Part shown: piece after piece, positions 1 to 12,621 of the stretch
How the letters are laid out: each line of letters begins with the position of its first letter
Position numbering within the stretch: the stretch's first letter is position 1
Origin: Rozella allomycis CSF55
Taxonomy: Eukaryota
Assembly: GCA_000442015.1 (NCBI GenBank)
Contig: KE560559.1
Coordinates: 1 to 56,100 of the forward strand
Reading direction: 5' to 3'
Length of the DNA: 56,100 nt
Notes under the pieces: model-generated
Database searches by the model: none
What the model saw: the letters and a program-made list of their open reading frames with translations, nothing else
What the model was told of the DNA's origin: nothing
Translations under genes and position numbers: made by a program

Positions 1-1
1 G

Positions 2-79
2 TCTTTTAAACTCACCATCCCGCCCATAATTTCCAAAGGCGTGGAAATTACAGCAACCCTGGCTGTAGCGCCTAAATGA
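2..79 (+). CDS. Probable 3' end of an unidentified gene truncated by the window edge
   Basis: Open frame SFKLTIPPIISKGVEITATLAVAPK* followed by a T-rich 3'UTR-like tract; no family recognised. Confidence 0.3.
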   Translation, partial: SFKLTIPPIISKGVEITATLAVAPK

Positions 80-197
80 ATGGCAAATATGTTCACATTT
101 TATTTATTGTTTTGTATTCATTAATGAAATATTAGCCCGATTGGAAGGGGTTAAAAAATAGATGATCGCTATTTTGTTTGTGAAATTTCAGTTTTTA

Positions 198-1126
198 ATG
201 TCCCGATTTCAAGGGCTATCCTTGCAAGAGCTGCAAGACACTATTGATCTGTCAGACATATCGATTATAAATCATTTAAAAGAAGCTAATTCCGTTGATT
301 GCAGGAAAAGACAGCCTAAATCCATTAAACGCCAAGAACTTCTCATGGATTAGTAACTTTTGCTTAATATAAATAACAATTAATAGTAAGAGCCTTTCTT
401 TCCAAGAATATCAAAAGTTTTTGGACAGTTTATATGTTGTTCCTACGATAAATGACGCGTTTAGTAATATCACATTATTTGTATAAAGTATAGCATGGTT
501 CGGTGTGTTATTTATTCACGAAGGGTTATATAAAGGTGCAATTGTTAGATTCAAGCTAATATTTGATGCCAATAACTATCCAGAAGCAGCGCCACGCTTG
601 TGCATATTATCCAATTTACCACATCCTCTAGTTTTTGAATCTGGGAATTTTAATATGCACGAGCTTCTTAAAGAATGGAATGGTGAAAAGCATAGTGCGT
701 TTCACTTTTTGTATCTTTTTAAAGAATCATTTTCTTTCAAAATTTTGGACAGTTTGAGTGATGCGGACTGTCCAAACAAAATTTACTTTAATGCGTACTA
801 AATTTATCGATTCACAAATAGATACAAAAATGACAAAGAAAATTTTGCAGAGACTATCAAGAAATGGATAATTGAGGAGTTTAAGAACGAGGATTTGTTT
901 GCTCCAACGCCCTCTAATAATCCCTTATACTTTACAAATTTATCAGCGGATAAAATTGAAACAATAAAGAATCAAATGTTAAACGTTGAAGTAAACTTCA
1001 TGTTTCTTTGAAATTTAGGCCATTTGTTTTGATCCTGCCCAATCCATTGATTCCAAGTCTTCACTTAGACAATCTTTATCAATGTCAGTTTTAAGTGACC
1101 TTGGGCGAGTGTTATTTTCTACATAA
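198..1126 (+). CDS. AKTIP/FTS (Crossbronx)-like catalytically inactive E2 variant; 4 introns
   Basis: Spliced frame gives LYVVPT...WFGVLFIHEGLYKGAIVRFKL...YPEAAP...HPLV. This is a UBC fold without the active-site Cys, typical of AKTIP. Confidence 0.8.
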
Positions 1127-1182
1127 ATATATTTGTGTTTTCATTTATTGTTTGTTTTCGTTTTCTTTGTTTTGTTTGAGCA

Positions 1183-3015
<1,833 letters not shown>

Positions 3016-3325
3016 GGAGAAAGGTTCTAAATCTATTGTGGAACAATTTTATGTATCCAAAGGAATAAAGATGAAACTTTTTAATTTTTAGTTTAATCCT
3101 TCCACTTAAACACAGGATTTCTTTTTAATAAGTTAAAGAATTTATTTATAATAATCTTTCAAATCAGCCAACGCGAAGGAATAAGCCTTGAGAATCTCAA
3201 TTTCTTCCCTACTAGGTTTCCTAAGGTTTAAACTGTCATAAAAAATTAATGATTAAATATACTGATAGACTATTTTCTGTTAAATGAATATTATAAAGGA
3301 TTAAGTTTACAAAATTTAAAGAAAT

Positions 3326-3529
3326 ATGTTTTTCTTCGTTGGTGGCATTTCTTCAAAGACAAGAATATTAAGAAAGAATGTTTCCTGTCCAGCATGTGAT
3401 AATCCGAACGCTGTAGTTAAGAGATTGGATAGCGTACTTTCTGCCTTTTTTCTTCCCTTATGGACTATAAGAAAGGGTGAAGAATTCATTGAATGTACAC
3501 ATTGTGGATGTCTTACGCGTAAAAAATAA
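3326..3529 (+). CDS. Small zinc-ribbon protein (zinc_ribbon_15-like), intronless
   Basis: MFFFVGG...CPAC...FFLPLW...CTHC: two CxxC knuckles with an FFxP motif between them. Confidence 0.75.
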   Translation: MFFFVGGISSKTRILRKNVSCPACDNPNAVVKRLDSVLSAFFLPLWTIRKGEEFIECTHCGCLTRKK

Positions 3530-3779
3530 CTCCTTGAATTGATGTGGTCATTAAACGATATTTATCATTGGCTTTAATGTATGAAATTGGTAATTCAAAG
3601 TTCTATAAGTATATTATTCCTTTTCTTAATTATAATTTATGACACCATAATGCCCTGATCTTTATTCAACAATTAGCTTTCGCGTAAACAATCATTTATG
3701 ATTTTATTTCGTTACAACTTATTATTTGTATTTATCTTTAATATTTGATATCATATTATCTCGTTGTACTTACACTTAG

Positions 3780-6518
3780 AGTTTAAAAATAGCAACTCCT
3801 ACCTCCCCTGTTTCGTATGCTCTACTTCATTCTCATTCTCTTATTCACTATCCATATACACGCAAAGTAACCAATTTCTCTATTGTTAATTTTAGTACAT
3901 TTAATCCAGGTACTGACCATAACGGGGCGTACTCTATTCCTGTTTCAGACGGATTTTGTGAATCATGGCAAATTCGAAAGAACGGAATGTGTTTCGAAAA
4001 AGGCTCCCGTCCTTTTGTAGTTGTCCAATCCAAATTCATGGAGGATTATGTTGGTCCAAGTTCGAGTACAGACTCCCTGTTCGTTTTCAAGACTCTTTTG
4101 ACCTTTTACAGCGGAAGCACATACTCGCAAACTTATCCTTTATCAAATCAAACAGTTTATCTTAAATGTATGGATTTTAATTTGAAAAACGTGTTGGTTA
4201 CTGACTTGAATGGAAACTTGGTGTCAAAGAATGTGCCATTATCAACGTCATTAACAGATGATAAGTATTTGTTATTAAAAACGGATTCTCTTGGTAGATT
4301 GAGCGTATCAATACCCGCAGTTCAGCTGGTGAACGGAAAACAAAAATTAGCGCATACACTTCTTTTCTTTCGCACAGACTTTATGAACATGAATGAAAAT
4401 ATAATGATAACTCCGGATCTGCCTTTATTACACTCTATGGCAAAGGTTAAGTCCGGAAAAGACCTTTTGAAATCCAAAGATGGGAGGACTTTGGTAAATT
4501 CAAGTGTGACAGAACAAGATGCCGAGTTTCTTGCCAGTATCTTGAAAAAGTTGGTAGGATCTATGATCAATTCTTCTCTTAAATTTCGGAAGCTTGATGG
4601 ACACTCTGTCATTTTGAGACCAGAGAGAACCAAATTTAGTGGGGGCACATTAAGCTCAAAGTATATTTTTTCTGAAGTTCAAGTGCCTAATTCACTGCCG
4701 GCAGTTACTCTGAGGGATGTTGTTAAGGTTGAAAGGCAACTTCCGGATGACATTGAAAATTCATTGGAAGGTATGTTCAAGAGTAAAGATAAGGACGAAT
4801 TGTGGAATGAATATAAAGCTATTCAATCGAGCATTGTTATCAAAAGAAAAGACGAAACAAATCCTCTAGTAATAATTGCCAAAGCAGCAGGTTCAATTGT
4901 TACTGAGACGGTCGATAATGTGGTACATGCAAGTGGAGTTATCATTAAGAAATTTTTGAGGACTATTGAGGATGCATACCAGCTAATTGTAAATATATTT
5001 GAAAAGTTTTCTATATTCGCGCGAGATCTAGCGAAATTCTTTGCAGCTTTATTCCGATGGGATGAAATAGTCAGAACAGCAGTTTTTCTTGAATCACATT
5101 TTCACAAAACGATAGGATATTTAAAATCTAACATTGCACGACGAAGTGAGGTTATAACCAGTACAATGATAAAGTTCATTGATTCTGTAGAAGACACCAT
5201 TAACAATGCAACTGAAATATTTCAGAACATGGGGGCTAATAAAATAGGAAGTTTCCATAATTCTTCAAACGCACCTAACGGGCCGAAAGGACCAGAAAGT
5301 ATAGTTGACATCCAAATTTCACGCATGATATCGTTTGTTGGAAATCATGCATCATATAAAGCTACCGATGAAGATGTGATTAAAGCATCTGATGAAATGG
5401 ATTCATTAAACAAAGTAGTTACAAGTTTTAGTTCCAAAGTGATGAATTTTACAGAAAGCGCGGGTTTGCAAAAGTTAATCAGCCTGGAGACTCAAAAAAT
5501 CAGTTATGAATTAGGGAAGGGATTGACAAATGCGAAGTGGTCAGAAATTTTTGTTCATATAGGAAACATTATGAAGCATTCAGGAAGGTATGTAGTTATC
5601 AAAGGGATCGAACTAATTTTAACCATTTTTGATACAATATTGCGAATATTTGGCAATATATTGCAAAAAAGGATTAATATTCCATTTGTAACGCAGATCT
5701 ATGAGTCCATAGTCATGAAAGGAGAGAGTAAGCTATCAGTTCTTTCTCTTGTTTGTCTTTTATCATCGATACCCCCATCGGTTTTATATCGACTGAATTT
5801 TGATGAACCCTTGTTTACCAAAAACGAATTGGATTTATTTGTAGCTACTGTTAATCCATCAAAATACCTTCTTGTCTGGGAAACTGCTGTAAACAAGAGT
5901 TTACCGGGTGTAAGAAAAACAACACCGCGAATGATGAGAAACAGACTATCTTATGCATTAGGTGGCGCATTCTTCTTTAACTCGTTAGTTGGAGGTATTA
6001 ATGGAATCGTGCTGTCAGCTTTCCCCTTTTTGTATTTCCTGCAAACGCCATTTCATTTCATTAAGCTCTTGTCTTCTTTTCCATATTCATGGTTTTATTC
6101 GGAGAATTCTAAAGCAGAAGTTGATTTGTTTAATTTCAAGTTTCTTGCGTGGTTATGGGAATGGATGCCATTTTTGATAGGATTCTCGAACGTTCATGGG
6201 TTCATAGGGTTCACAATGTTTAATTTTGTTACTGTTGTTGCCACTACACTTCCATCTATATGTTTTATTTTGGGTCTTTATATATTTCAAGATCGATTCT
6301 TGACGGAGACTCAAAACTCTGCTGACAGGACAGACATTGTTTTGAAAACCATTGCTAACTTGATGCTTCAAATACCGTCTATACTTAGTCTATTTCAAAG
6401 TGCTTGGGCTTTTCCGTGGATTAATGTGTTGATCAGTTCACTTCCACTTTTGTCATCAGGAATACATTTTACTCGCTTGGAATTAGCCATGAAACTAAAT
6501 GCAACCTTTTTTGTATAG
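3780..6518 (+). CDS. Large (about 900 aa) uncharacterised protein with hydrophobic C-terminal helices; start unresolved
   Basis: Frame is open from 3780 (first ATG 3987) to TAG 6518 without introns; a possible first exon starts at ATG 3698. Several TM-like segments in the last ~200 aa. Confidence 0.8.
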   Translation, partial: SLKIATPTSPVSYALLHSHSLIHYPYTRKVTNFSIVNFSTFNPGTDHNGAYSIPVSDGFCESWQIRKNGMCFEKGSRPFVVVQSKFMEDYVGPSSSTDSLFVFKTLLTFYSGSTYSQTYPLSNQTVYLKCMDFNLKNVLVTDLNGNLVSKNVPLSTSLTDDKYLLLKTDSLGRLSVSIPAVQLVNGKQKLAHTLLFFRTDFMNMNENIMITPDLPLLHSMAKVKSGKDLLKSKDGRTLVNSSVTEQDAEFLASILKKLVGSMINSSLKFRKLDGHSVILRPERTKFSGGTLSSKYIFSEVQVPNSLPAVTLRDVVKVERQLPDDIENSLEGMFKSKDKDELWNEYKAIQSSIVIKRKDETNPLVIIAKAAGSIVTETVDNVVHASGVIIKKFLRTIEDAYQLIVNIFEKFSIFARDLAKFFAALFRWDEIVRTAVFLESHFHKTIGYLKSNIARRSEVITSTMIKFIDSVEDTINNATEIFQNMGANKIGSFHNSSNAPNGPKGPESIVDIQISRMISFVGNHASYKATDEDVIKASDEMDSLNKVVTSFSSKVMNFTESAGLQKLISLETQKISYELGKGLTNAKWSEIFVHIGNIMKHSGRYVVIKGIELILTIFDTILRIFGNILQKRINIPFVTQIYESIVMKGESKLSVLSLVCLLSSIPPSVLYRLNFDEPLFTKNELDLFVATVNPSKYLLVWETAVNKSLPGVRKTTPRMMRNRLSYALGGAFFFNSLVGGINGIVLSAFPFLYFLQTPFHFIKLLSSFPYSWFYSENSKAEVDLFNFKFLAWLWEWMPFLIGFSNVHGFIGFTMFNFVTVVATTLPSICFILGLYIFQDRFLTETQNSADRTDIVLKTIANLMLQIPSILSLFQSAWAFPWINVLISSLPLLSSGIHFTRLELAMKLNATFFV

Positions 6519-6590
6519 GTAGAATATATAATAAACAAACAGATTTATTTTTTTCACGTTTTATACTTAATTGGAAACCTACCCTGGACA

Positions 6591-6943
6591 ATGAAGAATC
6601 CAATATTGATATTTTCACGATTCTATTCTTCAGTGGCAAGTGAGGCAACGCAATCTAATGCATTGAAGTATTTTGTTAACAGAACATCATATGGCAAATG
6701 TTTACCAGTATACAGCTTTTTTCGAAATGGCCGAACAAAGAAGAGGACTGTAGTGCGTAAAATAGATGGAGACTTGCGGGTAAAATATAGTAATTTAAAT
6801 GATAGGTACTTCGTGATGAATTGAAAGAAAAACTTGATCTTTCGGATGAAGAAATCGTAATACAAGACCGTCGAAGACATATAATAATCAAAGGGATTCG
6901 AGTTAATGAAGTGAAAGATTACTTGTATAATAAAGGATTTTAA
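6591..6943 (+). CDS. MRPL49: Mitochondrial ribosomal protein mL49 (Img2); 1 intron
   Basis: YFVNRTSYGKCLPVY...TVVRKIDGDL...IIIKG...EVKDYLYNKGF*, with an N-terminal presequence-like segment. Confidence 0.9.
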
Positions 6944-6966
6944 GGGTTAAATGATGATGAATTAAT

Positions 6967-9658
6967 TTATTTTTCATTTTCTTTTAAATCGCATCTAAGA
7001 CAATGATAAGGTTTTGACTGATGAGAAGATACACAATGCTGGTGATAAAAATGCTTGCAGATGAATAGAATGACATCTTCGTCAGAACATAGAATATTTT
7101 GGTGACAAATTTCACATTCATTACAACCTAAATAAATAATGTGCAACAATATACTTGAAACATGAATACCACGCCTTTGATCAAACGCAAGTCTGCGCAT
7201 TAGAGCTAGATAATCATTCAAGAAAATATTGTAGCAACCTTCTTGCAAGGAAAGCGAAATTTAGCGAGAAATGATTTCTTACTTGAAGACGATAATCGCT
7301 GAGAATTGAAAGCAAAGATTCTTTCAAATCTAAAATGTTCATCCCAGAAGGGATTTTTAAAACGACATTTTTTGCTTCTAATTTCCCGCCCAGATTGTGT
7401 AAAAGGGAGACGATAAATTCTGGTTTGTCTACCGAGTAGTTCACTAGATCTTCCCAAAGTTGATCATCTTCTTGTTCTTTGGCGAAATCTATTGCTGCCT
7501 GTGGATCTTTAATCTTTTCAATAATCAATTTCAATGCTTCCCTAAAATTCCCCATACGTCCAAGAAGGAAAATCATTTCTTCAGTTAAATCCAAAGACTT
7601 ACAAAGAGAAAAGGCCTTCTCTATTGAATAATAATTACTTGTGCGTAAAAACTGGATAATCTTTGGCCTATCTAGCTCACAATACAATTCCAATTGTAAA
7701 TCATGATATTTAAGTGCCACAGTAGAATCTTTCCAATAAATCTCATCTAAAAACTTTAAAAGACAATCTTTGTGTGTTTCTAAGCATTTAACAATTTTAT
7801 CAACCTGCATTACTGACCCTGGTCTAAAATTACTGAGAATTTTTCGTAATAATGAATAAGAAAATCTAAACCCATAGAGTTTTCAAACAAAAGTAATAAA
7901 TTTATATTATTTTCTATACAATCAAATAAATCGAATTGAAGAACAATTTTGAATACATCTGGATCCCTCAGCTTCAAATAACAAATTATTGCTTGTTCGT
8001 GCTGTCCATTAAGCGTTAACCTAAAATCAATTGAACTTATTTTTACAATTTGGCTAACGCAGTCAAAAGAATTTTATTATCTTGCTGGAATATCAAAGAT
8101 TCTTCCACTGCATTTATAAGCTCTGAAATGTTGTACAAAATGATTGGCCAAATCTTTATTGCTTCTAAAAACTCACTCTGGTTATTTTTTAAACAATCAT
8201 TCAAAATGGCTTGATAAACAGGAGGAGGCAATCTTGGATTATCCAATGGAATGTATGGCATTAACCAAAAACCATTTTGCCTATCGCAAAACTTTTTGAC
8301 CCAAATTTCCCAAAGTGCAGAATCGTCACTAAATATTACCGGGGTCATTCTAGCAGCTTCACTAAACTGACCTTACAACAGAGATGAAAGGAAAATACCT
8401 AAATCAAATGAATTTTCGAAATATTTTTCTCCTATTTGGATTAAAAGTAATCGATTGGTGTCTTTTTGTTGGTTTTGAGCTTTTATTTCAAGAATTGCTT
8501 TTTCATAAAGGTTATGTTGGCAAAGCCACTCGATGTGATCATCAAAACTTCGCGATGAACCAGAAATTATATCTCTTTCTCCAATAACATAAAATAATTC
8601 CCCTGATTGTAGAAATTCCATTTGATATCGAAAATTGGTTTGTTTGTAACTTGGTAGTAACAATACCTCATTTGAAATCTCATCTCCTTCAAAGTCCATT
8701 AGAATTATTTCTGGTCTTTGAATGTTTTCTTCAGGGGCAATCGACAAAATGCAAATCTTGCTCTGAAACAAACCCAAACCGTATGATTCAAAATCCCCGT
8801 GGAAACTTTTAGTAATTCGTACAATATTTTTCATTTTATTACTAAAATACTTGATTACTTTGATGAAACAAATTTGAATGTTATTCCCGTCGGCTATTAT
8901 CAAATTTCCATCCTTGTCCCATGCAATTTGACTGCATTCACTTGACTCGTCATTGATTACATTAATTCGTCCATTCGATAGATCAAACACTTTAATTTGC
9001 TTTACAAAATTTATATTTTTCTTACTTTGTCGATCCATGCGATAAAATTTTCCCTCCATTTGATCATTCTTACAGGCCCTTGACCATTGTGCAGAATCTT
9101 ATCTTTGTGGCCTAGCCAGCCTGTAATGAAAAACTTTTATCGTTACTCTTTTCATTTAAATACAAGTTTCCGTCAACCCCGCCAAACGCAAATGTCTTTG
9201 AACTAGAATAATTCGGTTCCAAAGAAATAGAAAGCAGAGGACTTCTTGAAAAATATTCATAAACATTGTTAGAATTTAAGGAATAAATGAACGCTTTTCC
9301 TGTTTTTTAAAACGTATAAATTTGTACCATCATCTCCACAAGAGGCTACGAATTCTTGTTTGCCATCAACATCGATACAATTCACTTTTGCAATATGTTT
9401 ATCAAACTTTTTTATTAGGTTCCCATCAAGGTCAAGAATTAAGATAGCTCCTCTGTCTGTCCCACACATTATGTATTTCTCAGACACTTTCAGTGACGTA
9501 AAGCTAGCAGATTTTTCATCCATCAATACTTTAAAACTTCCATCCAGTTTTTTATACTTTATTAATGGTTCATCAAAATCACCCATTTGAGATATGATGG
9601 TCTCTGGGTATTCATTTTCTATATCATGTTTGTTCGGTGAAATTGATTCTTTTTCCAT
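6967..9658 (-). CDS. VPS41: HOPS subunit Vps41 (WD40, CHCR repeat, RING-H2); at least 7 introns, one GT-CG
   Basis: EPLIKY; DDHIEWL; FLRTSNYYSIEKA; LLGRMGN; DDQLWEDL; C-terminal CxxC...CxHxYHxxC RING. Confidence 0.93.
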
Positions 9659-9702
9659 ACAATTGTTATTGTTGGCCGTTTTACGATTTCAGATTTTTCT
9701 AA

Positions 9703-11479
9703 ATGGTTTTAGAAATCATTGATAAACTTATTACAGATGATAAACATGAAAGATTATATCCTTGGTAAGCAACTTTATTCTGTTGAAAATGGCCTTGGTC
9801 CTTGTCTAAAGTTTTAGAAACTTGTAGAGATTTTCCAAGCGGAGTCACACCTGCTATTTTAGCTTCTGAACTTGATCTAAAAGTAATTAATGTTATAAAA
9901 GATGAATCAAGTGGAAAAAGAATCACAGCTCTTCCGTTGAAGATAAGCCAGTTGAATTTACTATAAGAAAGACGTCCTTTCTTCAAAATACCAAAATTTG
10001 TAAATATTTGGACTTCATAACATAAAGTAATATGGGATTTTGATGAGCAAGACCAGCAAATGCTTGTTCATCAAAGGTTTTGCGCCTTTTGGTTTGAAAA
10101 TAAGGGGTTCTTTCAAAACAAGCGTAAAATACTAATGTTTCCATCAAAATTGCTCAAAAAGAAGAATGTTAATTTGTTTTCACCATCAGAAAACTTAATA
10201 TTCCTCCTCGAGCAATTAGGCGAAATGGATACACAATGGGTACGTTTCGTCTTCAAGCCAATTGAGCTACCGTCATCCGGAAATGCAAACATTATAATCC
10301 AAATTTTGAGTAAATCTAAAGAAGAAAACGTTGACGCTCTGAGAAAGAAAAGAATCATATTTGGACTTTATAACGATAACATCATATTGACGATAAATTT
10401 CTGGAACGATGATATTAAATCCACACATCTTTTCAAGAGAAATGAAACACTTGCTATTTATTCTGCATATTGCACCCTGGATTCAAATGGATCACCGATG
10501 GTCGATGTTACACCAATGAGCACCCTTTTTAAAATCGTAGACAACATAAAAGTTGAAAAATTTGACTCTTTTAACAAAAATATGAAGTATAATCCTGAAA
10601 GAACATTTATTTCGAATATTGAAGATTCAATGTCACATCTCTACCTTTTAGGGCAAATTACCGCGATATCGCCAGACATGCCAGTCATAGAAAACAATGA
10701 AGTCATTCATCGTAGAGTCTTGAGAATAATGGACACCTCAGGTAATATTATCTCTATTGATATTTTTTAGGCCAATGTGATGTAACTGTCTGGAGAAATT
10801 TAGCAAACAAAGTTGTTAACACATGCAACGTTGGTCACCTTGTTTTCCTTAATTCTGTAGAAACCCAAAAGTCCGATAATGGGGTACTTTATATTAATGT
10901 AATAGATTCTCCCAATTCTGCCATATATAATTGTAAGGCAAGTAGATTATGACTCTATTTAGTGTCAAAACTAGACGCTTTCCTGACATCCCCAAGTTTA
11001 AATTCGATCTCAACAAAATTGTCACAAGAAATCTGTAAAGTCCAATTGGCACAGATTAAATTTAAAAGCGTTAATTTAGAGTTGTCTACTGTAATATTTC
11101 GACACGACAATTGTCCACAAATATTTCAGCGCATGGCAAATCAGGAATGTGGGTTTTGCAGAAAAAAATTCATTGTTGCAAATATGAAATCATACTTTAA
11201 CATAAATGTCACCTTCACTTTCATGGGTGATGTGCATTCTGGAATTCTGGAGGATGATCCAGCCAGGGTATACAGATTTTCATTACCAAAATAAGAAAAT
11301 TCTAGATTGTCATCCAGCAGACTTTCATTACGAAACGTTAAAGGAGAAACAAAATGTTGTAGAGGAAAAAGTACTATTTAGAGAATATTTGAGTACTTTA
11401 ATAGTAAAATTTTGAAAAAAGTTGATAAAGGTGAATCCATCGAATTTACAGTCTTTTATCATTTCAAATATAAACTAAT
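9703..11479 (+). CDS. Multi-OB-fold protein of the fission-yeast Cdc24/plant CDC24_OB family (not the Cdc42 GEF); first intron GT-TG
   Basis: PWPWSLSKVLETCRDFPSGVTPAILASEL; LVHQRF; PSENLIFLL; OB strands LYLLGQI...LRIMDTSG.CDVTVW; C-terminal HxxC...CGFC zinc motif. Confidence 0.7.
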
Positions 11480-11566
11480 AAATCATGCATAAAATACTAT
11501 AAGTTTTAAACTGTTTTTGATTGGCACGAGAATCAATTTAACTCAGCCACTACCCTTTCGATTCAC

Positions 11567-12592
11567 ATGACGAAAGACGCGACGCTGGACGTATTTTCTG
11601 CGTTTGGGGGTAGTAAGCGGATGCAATCAAGGTTCATGAATACCGCTTTGAATCAGGACGATTTTAGTAATCACTTTGACGATTTGAGCATTGGGGACCA
11701 GGCGCCTCAAATTTCATCACCGGACAAGCTTGAAACAATAACGAATACTATACGAACCTTGTCTGGAAAGAATGACATTATCGAGAAACGTCTCTTCGCC
11801 GTTGAGTTTAAGGGGTGTCAAATGGAACAATCTATGGCATCGATCGCAAATGACTCAATTTCAAATTACAAAGAACTTGCAAATACATTTAGCAACTCAA
11901 TTGAATCTATGAAGGCTGCGATATTAACAGAAATCAAGAATCAAAATGAGACAATTTCAAATGCTCTCAACGCTTGCGTACATGAATTACAATTAATTCG
12001 ACAGACTTTGGATAACAAAAAGATAATCGAGTCACGTGAAATCAAAGTTGTTGAAGAGGAATCATCAGTGGAAGGAGAAGACGAAAAGAAAAAGAGTAAT
12101 CGCAAGTTAAATAGCGAAACTGGAAGCTTTATTACAATTTACTTCGATGTCGGTGTTTACGTCCCTTATAGCGCGCTTAGAAAACAATTGAGACGCCACG
12201 GTGTTCAATCGTCCCTCATTCTCAATATGTATTACAGGAAGGGAGGAATCGTTGAAATCGTAACTTACAAGACATCTTCTGATGAATTGGAAAATGATCT
12301 TGATCGTATCTCAACTTGGAGCAGAGTAGATGATTATGACCCGGTTCTCGGATGCATGGATGCCAAAGACGTTAAAAAATCTGATCTTCAGTCAAGAGAA
12401 GTAAAATCTTTGATCTGTTCTTATTTTACTACTGTTCATGCGGCTATACTTACGTCAAACGGAAGCGAAACATTGAAGAGCTATTATAAATCTAAAGCAT
12501 TTGAGATTTGCGATGATTTCTTAAAGGGGACTTGCGTTTCTTCCTCTGGGTTGGATCTTGAAGCTCTTTGGCAATCTTCTAGCCAGAATTAA
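11567..12592 (+). CDS. Intronless coiled-coil protein with an RRM-like domain, resembling ORF1 of fungal non-LTR retrotransposons
   Basis: 341-aa ORF with an N-terminal heptad region, then FITIYF...SALRKQLRRHGV...ILNMYY...IVEIV...DDYDP; visibly CpG-richer than its neighbours. Confidence 0.6.
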   Translation: MTKDATLDVFSAFGGSKRMQSRFMNTALNQDDFSNHFDDLSIGDQAPQISSPDKLETITNTIRTLSGKNDIIEKRLFAVEFKGCQMEQSMASIANDSISNYKELANTFSNSIESMKAAILTEIKNQNETISNALNACVHELQLIRQTLDNKKIIESREIKVVEEESSVEGEDEKKKSNRKLNSETGSFITIYFDVGVYVPYSALRKQLRRHGVQSSLILNMYYRKGGIVEIVTYKTSSDELENDLDRISTWSRVDDYDPVLGCMDAKDVKKSDLQSREVKSLICSYFTTVHAAILTSNGSETLKSYYKSKAFEICDDFLKGTCVSSSGLDLEALWQSSSQN

Positions 12593-12621
12593 ATAAATGT
12601 CAATAATTACGAAATTTTCTA

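Noticed and set aside
9880-10060. In-frame TAA codons in the Cdc24-OB gene suggesting stop-codon reassignment
   Set aside because: Two ordinary 28-29 nt GT-AG introns restore the frame, and TAA/TAG/TGA all terminate genes elsewhere in the window.
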